DNA of 64,000 nucleotides, taken from NCBI GenBank assembly GCA_037447605.1, contig CM074809.1:2594689-2658688 (forward strand), given 5' to 3'. Below are positions 12,291 through 24,482 of this stretch, piece after piece; position 1 is the first letter of the stretch, and every line of letters starts with the position of its first letter. This stretch comes from Zygnema circumcarinatum SAG 698-1b (lineage: Eukaryota; Plantae; Zygnematophyceae). The notes under the pieces are model-generated. The model was not told the DNA's origin. It did no database searches and was given only the letters and a program-made list of their open reading frames with translations. The position numbers and the translations under genes were made by a program.

Positions 12291-12624
12291 TCTACACGCA
12301 GGAGCAGCAGCAACATACCAACATAGTGCTGCAAAAAACAGGTACAGAGAGAGTCATACAATCAAAAAGACCTTTTTTTCATCAAAAAGGACAGCCTTTT
12401 AAGGCAACAAATTTACAACTGACAATTTCTGACACAGTTATTCTGCTATGTGGACTCAAGGACTGTGGACCGCTACAGAGCGTGACAATTGTCACGCTGT
12501 GCTTCAATATGAAACAAAAACCATGCATCATGCAGGATATGCTGCTGTAGGGGGCCACACTTCTTTCCAACCAAAAAAAAAATTGCCTTATTTCTTCCTA
12601 CTCTATTTTTACACCCTGTCTCAA

Positions 12625-13609
12625 TCAAGGACACAGAGGACACTTGAAGCCCTGGCCATCCTCAGATGGCAAAAACACTCCTCTGGGATCAGTCCACATC
12701 GGATGGAGAGGCTTCACTTGCAGCATTTTGTCTAAGCGGGCCAGTGACTGGCGCAGAAGAGCCGATTCACGCGCCAAGGCCGCATTGCTCGCCTCGATAT
12801 CCCAACCGCTGTTCAGCCTTTCATGGATGGTAACCAAATCTTGGAGGTCGCTTCCCAGCTTCCGTTTCCAAGAAGAGGAGCTCTGCAAATTTCTTCCCAC
12901 TCCCATTTTCCCTTCCCCGGGACCATTGCGGCGGCGGCTGTACTGCGGCTCACTGAATGCATTTTGGCTTGCACTAAAAACTGGCGAGGAGTCGCGGAAC
13001 AGAGGCCGCCTCGCACTGAATAGCGGCTCAGGCTCATCATAGAGCGGCGCCTTCAAGTTCGGGTAATCTGAGGACTTGGCATAATAATTCTTCGAGTCGC
13101 GCACAATGGGATATGTCTTCACAGTCTGGGGGAGCTGTATTGCAAACAAGATATCAGCAAACGCCAAATCAGTCAAGCGTATGCATACAAACCTTCAAAA
13201 CTAGCCCATACAAAAGCAAGCAGCACAAACGCAAAAAGCACTTTCCGATGCTAACCACCCTTAAAACAAAAAGCTTGAAATATTTGAAAGGTGCAGCAAG
13301 TCATACCCGACGAGGATTCGCTAACTCCTTTGCGAACTCCTCGTGCAACCAGTCCACCGCGAAAAGGTAGGCCTTTCCGAGTTCCGTGGCGCCCACAAGC
13401 AGCCACGCCCAAGCGCTGTATCCAAGCACCGCCATGGCAGCCAGCGCATGCCAGGAGACGGTGCACCACACGAGACAAAGGTCTTCCAGGTGCGGGCGAG
13501 CGGCTGCAGCAGCCTTCAGCCCGCCGCCCAACGCTGCTGCGAGCAGCTGCAACAGCTGCAGCCAGAAGGAGCAGAAAGCTGCCGCCTTGGCAGCACCTGG
13601 CACGGCCAT
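12625..13609 (-). CDS. Hypothetical protein (~270 aa), hydrophobic N-terminus and short coiled-coil C-terminus; 2 exons
   Basis: ATG at 13609 follows a CT-rich leader. Exon 13307-13609 ends at a GTATGA donor and exon 13134-12625 starts after a TACAG acceptor, both phase 0 (NPRR|LPQTVKTYP). No family recognised, and the 3' end is uncertain. Confidence 0.6.
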
Positions 13610-13731
13610 GGATGGGCAGGAGGAGAGAGAGAGCGAGAGAGAGAGAGAGAGAGAGAGAAGAGAGAGAGGGAGAGTGAGCGAGAGAGTGAGAGAGAGCGGG
13701 TGGTCGGTGAGGGAGGGAGGGAGGAAGGAAG

Positions 13732-15090
13732 ACATGACAGCCCGGGCCGTGGGGCGAGGCCTTGGGGAGGGACCCGGGCAGACCAAACCTATTACAGGCT
13801 GCCCCATACGCGAAGCAAGCGTCCGCGATTGGGCGAGCGTCGGCCGGGCAGCTCAAGTTTGGCAGCGAGCTGCCCGGACGACAAAGGGGTGGCCCAAAAT
13901 GGCCGGCCGCGCGCCTACCTCATCTCCCCTGTGGATCAGACTGTACGGACATACAGGTGGCGCCACCCCCGTGGGGGAATGCTGACGTACGGTGCGCGCG
14001 ACGTGACGGGACGCGCCGTAGGGGGGACTGCCCCTGATCGGAATCGCGGCGACGGAGGACCAGAAAGAATTTCAGCTGCCCGGCCACCGCTCGCCCAATC
14101 GCGGACGATTCATTCGCGGGGAAGGCAAAATAAACCGTTTGAATGCTGCCCGGCGCCAAACTTGAGCTGCCCGGCCGACGCTCGCCCAATCGCGGACGTT
14201 TGCTTCGAGGACGGGGCAGCAAAAAACAGTTTAGGGCTGCCCCACACTAAACCTTCAGCTGCCCGGACGACGCACGCCCAATCGCGGACGTTTGCTTCAC
14301 GGTTGGGGCAGCCAAAACCATTTCCGATCTGCCCGTGGCCAGACTTCAGCTGCCCGGCCGACGCTCGCCCAATCGCGGACGTCCGCGAAGGGTAGCCGAA
14401 AACATTCCGGGCCAAGGGCTGGACGGACGACCATGGGTTGGATCAACCATTGAAATGGTCGCGATTTGCAAACCGTTGGTTCCGGATCTAGCCAACCATT
14501 GGATCCAATGATTGGGTGGGGCGGGAATAAATGGTCCAATGGTTGCAGTCATTGGCAATGGTTGGTTGGATAGCCAGCCAATGGTTGAAACCATTGGCAA
14601 TGGTTGGCTGGGTAGCCAGCCATTGGTTGCAACCATTGGCAATGGTTGGATGAAGCAGGAATCAAGGGTCCAATGGTTGCTGTTATTAGCAATGGCTGGT
14701 TGGGTAGCCAGCCAATGGTTGCAGCCATTGGCAACGATTGGGTGGGGCGGGAATCAGTGGTCCAATGGTTGCAGTTATTGGCAATGTGTTGCTAGGAAGC
14801 CAGCCAATGGTTGCAACCATTGAGAGGGGGGAAAAGGGAGAGAGAGCGAGAGAGAGGTGGTCGGTGAGGGAGGGAGGGAGACATGACAGCCCGGGCCGCG
14901 GGGCGAGGCCTTGAGGAGGGACCCGGGCAGCCCAAACCTATTACAGGCTGCCCCATACGCGAAGCAAGCGTCCGCGAATGGGCGAGCGTCGGCCGGGCAG
15001 CTCAAGTTTGGCAGCGAGCTGCCCGGACGACAAAGGGGTGGCCCAAAATTGTGGGCCGCGCGCCTACGTCATCTGCCCTGTGGACCAGAC
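13732..15090. repeat. Composite repeat module: one full copy (C ~13732-14825) and a truncated copy (D ~14878-15090)
   Basis: Inverted 37-mer at 13820-13856; direct 37-mers at 14071, 14162, 14254 and 14345; CCATTGG array at 14440-14825. The module then restarts with GAGACATGACAGCCCGGG and breaks off at ~15090. Confidence 0.93.
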
Positions 15091-15694
15091 TGAAAATAAA
15101 AAACAAAAACAAAATAAAAAGGTTTTTTCTATCTTCGTCCGAGCCGCTTGATGACGTCAAAACAATGGCGTCATCGGATTTGCCGGTTTTCTCCCAAAAA
15201 CCAGTCGTCGTGACGCCCTCTCAAGTTCTCGAACTTGCAATGCGAGAAGCGAAAACCGTGACGTGACAGAAAGCAGAGCTTCGAACGTCTGCCTTCGCCA
15301 TAATAAATAAAAAAAGAAAAGGAAATATGTATTTGAGAGTGGAGCCGCGCTGCAGATGGGACCGTTGCTTTCAGCAGTCCCTCCTCCTCCGGCTCTATGT
15401 CTTCGGCATCATGGGCAACTTTCCTACTCGCCTTCAAGATAACACTGTCAACTTCCTTCATTGGGCTTCACTGCTACTCGACACAAGGTAGAAGAGTCAG
15501 TTGAAAGACACAGGTCTGACCTCTTTGACTCAACCTCCGACGGGTTTTGCTACAACCCCAACCTCTCAAGGACTCATTGGACCGCACCGTATGCAGGACC
15601 TGCGCGCAATACATTTGTAGGAAACTCGCGCCAAAATTCGTGATGTTGTACAGGCAGCTCTCAGCGCTCTCTCAGGCTACTCTACGCATGACTT

Positions 15695-18594
15695 CTACCG
15701 CTGCTGCTCTAAGCCCCCTCCTCCTCCCCTTCTACTGCTGTCTCTGGCAATGTCACCACTCAAGCTCGTGCTTTCGGAAGAGCTGGGAAGATCATCCGTT
15801 TGCTTTGCCACTGCCTCCGTGCTCTCCCTCTCCCTTCTCTCCTCATACTGAAGCTTCTGCAGGTCTTCATACCCATAGCTCACCCATGTGCCTTCTGCCT
15901 GCGGCTTCTCTCCCCCTCTATCATCAGCACTGCCGGCCTTCGCTGCTGAGGGCTCAAAACTCTTCTCTAATAGCTCAGATGCCTCGGCAGGTTCGTTTGG
16001 CCCTTGTTTCGGTGGGTCTTTGCTCTCATCCGCAACCATCTCCAGTCTGTTCGACCGGATTCCTTCGCCTCCAATTTCTTTCTCTTCCACTTCTTCTCTC
16101 TTCTCTTCCTGTCCGTAACATACCACCGTAGATTCTCCCTCCAGCGTACTGGGTTCCGAAGGAAGCTCAGCTGAAGGTTCCTGCTCTACATTTTCTACAA
16201 TTCCTTGCAGCGAATCTTCCCTATACCTAAGCATAACAGACTCAGCAAGGTTGCTTGAATCAGCGACATCCACTTCACTTGTAGTGGCATTTACTTTCCC
16301 ACTCCAAGTGCTGCCTTCCGTACCCCTCCCACTACTTCCTTCGCCCCTGTCCACCTCTTCATCCCACCACTCCTCGGTTGCTACTTGCCACATATGCTCC
16401 TCTTCCTCATCCTCCAAAACTTCAGTCGTTTCTCTGAAACTCGATGTGGCATCTTCAAATTCCTCCTCTTCTCTACCTAAGGGTGGCGTTTGGATGACTA
16501 CATTCTCAGTTTCTGATGTAGTTGTGTCTTTATGACTGCCAGATTCACACGACTCTTCCTCTTTATCAGATTCCCTCCTTTCGCCTTCCGAAACCTCGTC
16601 CACTGCTTCAGAGGCTTCACTCTCCGTTACTGTCTTGCTAGCCACAGAAAGCCCTGCATTATCCTCCACAGCAGTCTGCACCTGTGCATCATTCATGTTT
16701 TCCGTTTCCTCTGCATTCCTAGAGGGTTCAGGCGCATCTCCATAAAGAGCCATTAGGGACTCCCCGCAGTCTTCTACGACTGTGAGCTCCCCATTCATAG
16801 AAGCTGCAATTACTTCCTGTGTTGCCTCTTGGAATCTTTCCTCCCCTTCAATCTCGTGATCAGCACATTCGTCGCCAATCTTCGTTTTTCCCATCACTCC
16901 AATTTTTTTGCCCTCTTCATCCTCAGGGTTCTGCTGTGCATCAGATACACTAGGCGTTCCCTTCACGAAGGAATTCTCTTCAACGGACCGCACGCTCTCT
17001 TCGAAACGAGGCTCAGTCTCTTGGCAAGATTGTATGGATATGCCCACACTCAACTTCATGTCGCCTATACTTATTTCCTCAGATTGTTGCAAAGCAGCTC
17101 CACTTCCTTGCGAAAGCTCATTACCAGCAACCAGGGGCCCGGACTTGAGACTATCATTCACTATCAATTTCTCCCTTTCCACCTCTCCCTCTCTCAGCAC
17201 CTCCCCACCCGTTTCCACGTCGTTTGCTACCACCACTGTCTCCTCTTCTCTCGGTTCCCCCGTTTTCACTGTTCCCTCCTCCATTCCTTCTATCAAAGCT
17301 TCTCTGTTATCTTTGATATTCTCCTCTCGAACCATGTCCACTCCAGCTATCTCCTGGATTTCCATCTTGATCGATTCACCATCAGACACAAGACTGTCCA
17401 ACTCCTTGACTACCCCACTGTCTGCTATTCCATTTGATAACCTATTCTCACTACTTTCTCCTTCTCTATCTTCTTTATCAATTCCCCCTTCGTTAGACTC
17501 CATAGTTGGTTCCCCCCCCTGGTTTCCCATGCTTTCCTCCCCTTCCAAATGCCGTGACTCTCCCTCTGCGCCCTCCGCTCCCCTCACACCACTACTTGAC
17601 CTCTCCACTATTTTTTCCGTATTCCCTCCCTGCTCATCAACCGTCGCTATCCCCACAAGTCCTTGCAGCGCTCTGTCCAAGACATCCACCCCCACGTCAT
17701 CCTCCACTTGACCTCCTTCCCTTGGCTGCAAGTTGGGCTTCTCTCCCGCTCTCCTAACATGCCACGTGTCCCAAACGGCCTGCCCCTGCGGCCCCTCCAA
17801 GCGCTGTGGCGGCACCCCCAACAGCTGTGCGTCAAGCAGGCGAGGGTGGAGGGCCTCTGCCTGCGGGCGGTAGAGTTGGAAGTCGAAGCTGCAAGGCTGG
17901 GCCAGATCGCCCATCTCGTCGAGGAAGGTTTGGATGGTGTGCTGGGCGACGGACGGCTGCGATCTGCCGCTGCGATATCCAAGGGCTGCGAGTGCTGCTG
18001 CCAGATAGCGCCCAGTGCAGTCAAGATAGTATCCCTCCAGGAGGTCGGCCCACACGCCCTGCGGACTGACTTGCAGAGTTGCCCAGAGGAAAGTGCGGAG
18101 GTTCGAATGGGCGACTGCCACTCGGCGGAGATTTTGGCGTCGAGGAGCGAGCTGGAGTGAGCCCACCTGCCATACGAGGGAAAAACTAAAAACCTAGCAT
18201 TAGCTGATTCATACGTGCGACCCACTTCTTTCGCTCTCTCTTTCTCTCTCCCCCTCACCCCTCGCCCCTCTCCCATCTCCCCTCTCCCCTCCCCTCTCCC
18301 CTCCCCCCCTCCCATCTCCCTCTCCCTCCCTCCCCTCCCCCCTCTCCCTCCCTCCCCTGCCCCCTCTCCCCTCGTCCCTCTCACCCCTCTCGACTCTCTC
18401 CTCTCCCCTCTCCCCTCTCCCCCCCCCTCCCGCCTCCCCATTCTCCCTCCCGCTTCCCTCCCTCCTCTCCCCGTCTTCCCCTCTTCCATTCGTCCCCTCT
18501 CCCCCTCCTCCCTCCTCCCTCCATCTCCTCCCCGTACCCCCTCACCCTCCCTTCCCACTTCCCTTCTCCCATTCTCCCCTTCTCCCCTCCCACG

Positions 18595-18633
<39 letters not shown>

Positions 18634-21600
18634 GCTCTCTCTCGCTGTTCTCATTCTTTCTTCTCCTCATTGGTAGAATCACTAGATTCTGTAGGGGCCT
18701 TCAGCTCACCTGGAGTGCCTCCATGTCCACAAGTTGCCCCAGCCTCTTGAAGAGCCCTTCAACCCCTATCCCGGACGGAAACCCAAACTGCTTCATATCC
18801 AAGGCCTTTCCTGTTCTTTTCTTGTACACCTTCCTGAACTTCGCCACTGGCACACCGCTTACTGCATACTGTGCAGAGCCCAAGATGAGACATACTTCGT
18901 GCTTAAATTGGACTACGGCCAATCTCTGTTGCTCTTTCTCACCCACTCCCCCTTCCCCTTCCTCCTCCTTCCTTCCAGCACCATTTCCAGCCTTATCACT
19001 GGCATATCTACCTTTCGACAATATCTCGAAGCTCCATTTTGAAACATCCAGAGGCGGCCGAGCCCCTTCCCTGAACTTGAGGACAAGACTTCCTCTCTCA
19101 TCACAACCACATCTCACCACTTCCCTCATGTCTTGGAGCATCATCCGCAACCCGGGAAAGTCAGCAAGATCAAACGAATCCTCATCCGTTTGCACCAGTC
19201 CACCACAACTATCTTCCTTTCTCGCGCCTTCCCCATTCTGCGGGACACATACGTTCATCTCCGATGGGACCTTGTACTTCAGCTTTGTGAGCACTTGCCA
19301 CAGCCCGTTTTTCAGAGCTTTGTCCAACTGACGCATGAACATGAAGGGAGTTAGACTCTTCCCACCTGCTTCCTGCAGCACATTATATGCTGCCAACGGA
19401 ACTCCGAGACTTGCCAAACTTGTAGCTCTAAAGTTAAGGTGATTGTCGACCAACTGTAACCAATGGTGAGTTCGCGAGGACACCACCATCAGAAGGTCAG
19501 GCCATAGCGATGCCAAATCCTCCACACAAGCCGCCCCCACTCCCTTCAGATCCAAAAGCTCTCCAAACCTATCCTTGTACACTTCTGCCACTGCTGACAC
19601 TTTGACTCCTCTGCCCGAATTAACGCTAGCTAAGATCAACCTCAGCCGGGCCCTCACCTGCAAGCTTATAGAATACATCACATCTTCTCCCTCCGTCTCT
19701 TGCTCCTCTCGTCCTACTACCTCCTGTGCTAATGTCTCTACTGTTCCACCATCAGCTGTAGCCTCATCGTAATTCTCAAGCAATTCTCCTCTCCCCGTCA
19801 CGAGCAGGGAGTCGCCCCCTTCCTGCCTCTTCTGCTTTTCTCGTATCTCATGCAAGGGTGGCAACAGGGGGACCTGTGGCAGCAGCAGTCCATCTGTGAG
19901 AGCAGGATCTTCCGCCCCTTCAACCAGGAAGTAACGTTCGACCCCATCCTCCCCGACTTGAGCCATGGCTATGTCGCTCATATCAGTTACCATTAGCCGG
20001 ACCCCCCTTTTCATGTATCCGAGGTCCAGCAGCACACTACTCAATGAGCGCCCTGCACAGAAAGAACATAGCGATACGAGTTCGTCCACCAGCAGCCCTT
20101 GCGGATTTCTTTCCAGTACTTGATACACTATACGCCGCAGACCCGTGGTTGCCCCGGCCACTATCCGCCGATTCTTTTGGGAGCTGGTCAGAAAAAGTTT
20201 CCCCTCCTGCCTGAGCAGCCCCTCGTGAACAACATGTGGCATGGCACGACAAAGCCGCTCCATTGACGAAAATCCGAGACTTGAAACGGGCCGCCTAAAC
20301 CGCTCCTCATAGACCTCTGGAAAAGCTGTCACACTCCGCTTGGCACGTTCAAAGGCAGGGGAACAAAGGACTGCTCGTACTTCATTCTGCACCCTCATTC
20401 TCCTATGGGGACTCTGAGCTTCATATAATGCAAGCTCCATGTCATAGCTTGGAACGGACAGAGAGTGGGACGTGCTACGACGAGGAGTTAGCGAGTCATC
20501 GAAGGCGAGGTTTTCTTCTGCATCAACACCAACCACAGCAGACGAGTAATGTGGGAGACTCCAGTCCTCCTCGTCACTCTCTTCCAAATCCACCCAATCT
20601 GACTCTCCTTCACTCAGCAAAGGTTGTGCCATGCGAGATACCGTGACCCAGTCCTCCTCTGCCCCGATATCCTCTTCTCCTTCCCCATCATCGTCCTCGT
20701 CATCTCCTTCTACCTGTTCCTCAAGTTCAATCTCCACTCTTCTGTCCAATTGTTTGACTTCTCCACCTATTTGCCGTTCCATCTGTCCTTCCTCATCCCC
20801 TTCATCCTCTTCCTCGTCTTCCTCTTCAGCCTCCTCACTCTCCTCTCTCACATCTTCTGCCTCTATTTCTCCTTGTTCATCACCATCGATTTCCTCCATG
20901 TCTTCGTCCTCATCATCTTCTTCTTCCTCTTCCTCCTCCTCCTCCTCGTCGTCGTCGTCGTCGTCCTCCTCCGCCCCGTCTTCGAGCTCCTCGTCTTCTT
21001 CTTCTTCCTCCTCCTCGTCCTCCTCTTCCTCATCCTCCTCATCGTCGTCCTCTTCTTCTTCATCCTCCTCTTCTTCACCATCGTCATCGTCTACTTCTCC
21101 TATTCTCCGGCCCTTATCTTTTCCAGCCTGAGGTCCATGCATCTCCTCGTCTGGTTCTTCATCTCCTTCATCTGCTGTACTCCTTACCTCTCCCCTCTTC
21201 GCACTGTGTAGTCTTGTCGTTCCTGCATTTGACGTTCTCCCTTCCTCTTCATTCTCAGTCATGTCGTCTTCCCCTCGAGCACTACGGCTTACAACACTGC
21301 TTCGTTCACCCCCCTTTGCATCCTTCTCCTCCTCTAGCCATTTCTGTTCTCTCCTTGCGTTTCTATCGTCTCTGCTCCCCCTGCGTTCTTCAATTTCAGA
21401 TGAGTATTCACCATCTCTCTCCCACGAGTCCTCCAAATCCTCCCCACCCTTACTTTCGCCGACCTCCTGCGCTTCTTCTCCCCAGTCATACATAGCTCCA
21501 TCCCACCCACTGTGTGCTTCTTCTGCCCAAGACGATATCCGAGGTTCTGCTTCAGCACCAGATGCCAAGTAAAGCATGGCTTCGTGGTTGACCCACTTGA

Positions 21601-24482
21601 TTTGAACAATGTCTGGCATGTCAGACAGCAATATCATCAAACGTGACTTGCGTGAAAGGGTTGTAAGCCTATTTCTGCCGTAACCATGCCGTACCAGAAT
21701 TTCCCCAAGACCTTCATTGGTTCTCATTTCTAGCTCTGTGGTGAAAAACTGCAGTCCTATCCCTGATGGCCAATCCTTCAGTATTCCAAAAACTATTCTT
21801 CGCAAACCAGACTGAATTAGCCCTACCAGCCGGAGATTCCATTCAGTCTTAGCCAGCATCACCCGGCGGTTCCTTCCCATATCGTCACGCTCTTTCTGTG
21901 ACAGATTCTTCAAATCCTTCCTCTGCAGCCACCCAACCGAGACGCATACTACTCCCTCAAAGCACTGGACTAGCTCCCTCATATCCGATAATGAATATTC
22001 CGAAAGCTTTAGCTGCCGCCCGGTCAACCTTTCAAATACTGTTGAAAGAACCATCAGTTTCGTAGGCCCGTTTGCTGCTAACACGAACCTCAACAGGTTT
22101 GCCAGCTTCATTAAGTGCCTTGTCAGCTTTGGTGGAGTGTTAGAGGAGCCCAGGTTTTCCTCATGCCCAGCATTGCCCGTCTGAAAGTCGTCTCTTCCCT
22201 TGCCCTCTGAGTAATCCACAGATCTTCTCCCTCCAGTCGCCGGACTTTCTCGCTCCACTGCCCACATCAAGTCTGCCTTTGTATTGGCTGTGCCCCTAGC
22301 TCCACTGCCCTGAGCTCTCTCATTTGCTCTTCTTGTCTCCTCCCTTGCCTTTCCCTCTGCAATCCGAAGCCTCTCCTCCAGCATTGCAATTTGATCCCCT
22401 AGATGTGAAGTCATCAGTTGCACTTCCTCTCTAATCCTGCCATCCACTACATGCTTGCGTCGCTCGTCGATCTCCCCCTCCGTCCACCTCCCTCCTTCAG
22501 CCATTGCTTCATCTTCCGGGAACGGCTGCGAGACTGTCCAGGGAGATTTAGGAGACTTTGGCTGCCTCCTGGGAGAGCGCGGTCTGGGAGCAGGTGCAAC
22601 AGGAGGAGGCCTCCCATCCTCAGCGGAGGTGACTCCCAGAAACTCCTGCCAGTCCAGAAAGACATCGGCCGACTGTGATAGTGCTGAAGGCACGAACCCT
22701 TTCTTCCCGGTCGGCCCGTTCGCTCGCCTCCTTGCCACTACCACCGTTCTCACACCTCGAGAGGAGAGTTTCGTGAGAACAGCTCCGAACCCTGCATCGC
22801 CTGATATGATCACAATGCACCCCTTTCGAGAACTGCCATCCAGACCCCCAACCGAAAGAACCCAAAAGCCCCGCAGACAGGAAATTAGAACATAACGAAC
22901 AAGGATGAGAAAAAGATCGCAGTCTTACCTATTATCTCGATATAAGATCTGTATCGTGCAGCAGCCAGTAAATCTTGACCAGATGCATAACAAGAAAACA
23001 AGCCTCCCCATTTCAAATTTTGTAATGAAATTATCAGTAAGAAAATCCCAGGCTGGCTAAGACTTCTGCCACTTACGATCTTAGAAACAAGACACCACTT
23101 GCATATAACCTACAAGAATGTATGACTCACTTGTCAATCACTACAAACAAGGGAAAATCTTTTGTTTTTATTTACATATATTGCCACCACAGAGGTGACA
23201 GATTGTAAGCTTATCCGTAAGACGATTGGCTTACAACATTGCCACCAAAAAGTTTCTAGTGTACCACAATAGACTTTCGGAACTGGAACAAATCTTGTTG
23301 AAGTAGCTGTGCTTTCCTGAGTCGATTAGAACAAAGCCTATACTCGCCACAGAAGAATTTAAGGTGGCGCACATGGAGCAGTGAAAAATGTCAAGGGCTT
23401 TTTCAAGGGCCGCACTGTCACATTAAAATGTCAGATGGGACATACCTCCCTTCATTTTGCTTGTCAATGCAATCCAATGCAAAAAGTAGCGCATCAGTAA
23501 GGATTGACTTGTCTGCCATCTCCTTCCCCGGGGCAACAGGAATGACCTCCACTCCACAACTGAGGAGCTCGCCCATTCTCGTAATCACCACTTCCGGCTT
23601 CCCGTAAGCTCGTATGGTTCGAACATAGCCATATTGTTGTGCCATGTCTCTAATCCGGCGGACCACCTGGGCACACTCCTCATTCCATGGCACCTGACAG
23701 TTCTCGATGTCCCAAAACACTCCAACATTGTCAAAACCCGAGATTCCATTTGAAGATGGAGCAGGGCCAGGAGGAGTCTGTGGCGAGGGGTTCTCATAGG
23801 GCGGTGGAGGATAGGGAATGTTGTACGTATTAGGGTAATATGATGGAGCATAAGGGTTTGGGTTCATGTAGACATATGGAGGTGGATAGGCTCCATACGC
23901 TGAAGGTGGAGGCCAAGGACCCCCCATTTGGCCTCCAGGCTGCTGCATATGTCCCGGGGGGGGAGGGTGGCTATATGGTGGGTAGGAGGAGGCGTTGTTA
24001 TTGGAGCTGGGAGGCGCTTGCTGGTTAGTAGGACCATTTTGAGAAGGAGGCACATAAGAAGGGGGATACTGCCACATGCTCCCTCCCATTGTAGCAGAGG
24101 TGACCACGTCATGCCTGATTGTGGTTTGCGGTGCTTTGAACCTTAAGCCAGGATAAAGAGTGGAAAGAGAAGCTCCCCAAAAGGTACTTCCCGAGTAGGA
24201 TGCTGGTTCTACTCTACCAGGCAGGAAGAGAGAGCTCCTGCTGCATCCCTGAGAGGTTGGAAGCTGCAAAGCAACGTCGCGCTTTTTAAATGGCCTTAAC
24301 GGAGTGCAGGAGAGGAGGAGGCTGCATGCAGAAGACCTAGGAATGCGAACATTCTCATCAGCCGTTGAAAGTCGAGCTTCATGCTGACTACCGCATTTTC
24401 CGGAGCCGGTAAAGCTCCTGGTCGTCCTCCTCGCCATACATCCATGCGGCAACAAGCCGCCAGCCAGATAGCTGTCGGCCAT
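15695..24482 (-). CDS. NYN-domain ribonuclease with multiple LOTUS/OST-HTH-like domains (MARF1/Limkain-b1-like), ~2543 aa, 3 exons
   Basis: Exons 24482-23446, 22832-18710 and 18166-15695 join in frame (7632 nt). NYN motifs: VGVFWDIENCQVP, KEMADKSILTDALLFALD, CIVIISGDAGFGAVLTKLSSRG. Repeated HTH-like units include LSTVFERLTGRQLKLSEYSLSDMRELVQCF and VAEVYKDRFGELLDLKGVGAACVEDLASLWPDLL. Long E/D tracts are present. Confidence 0.88.
18215..18640. repeat. Polypyrimidine/polypurine tract plus (CT)n(CA)n microsatellite in an intron of the NYN gene
   Basis: About 380 bp of almost only C/T on the + strand, followed by ctctctctct-cacacacaca. Confidence 0.9.

Noticed and set aside
14071-14381. CRISPR array (37-bp repeat with ~54-bp spacers)
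   Set aside because: The context is eukaryotic and intron-rich with no cas genes. The spacers are homologous to each other and recur in the same order in other module copies, and an inverted repeat unit is present. Kept as a structured repeat finding instead.
15888-21609. Plus-strand Ser-rich, Phe/Leu-rich and Pro-rich ORFs
   Set aside because: These are antisense shadows of the acidic NYN-LOTUS exons and of the CT-rich intron.
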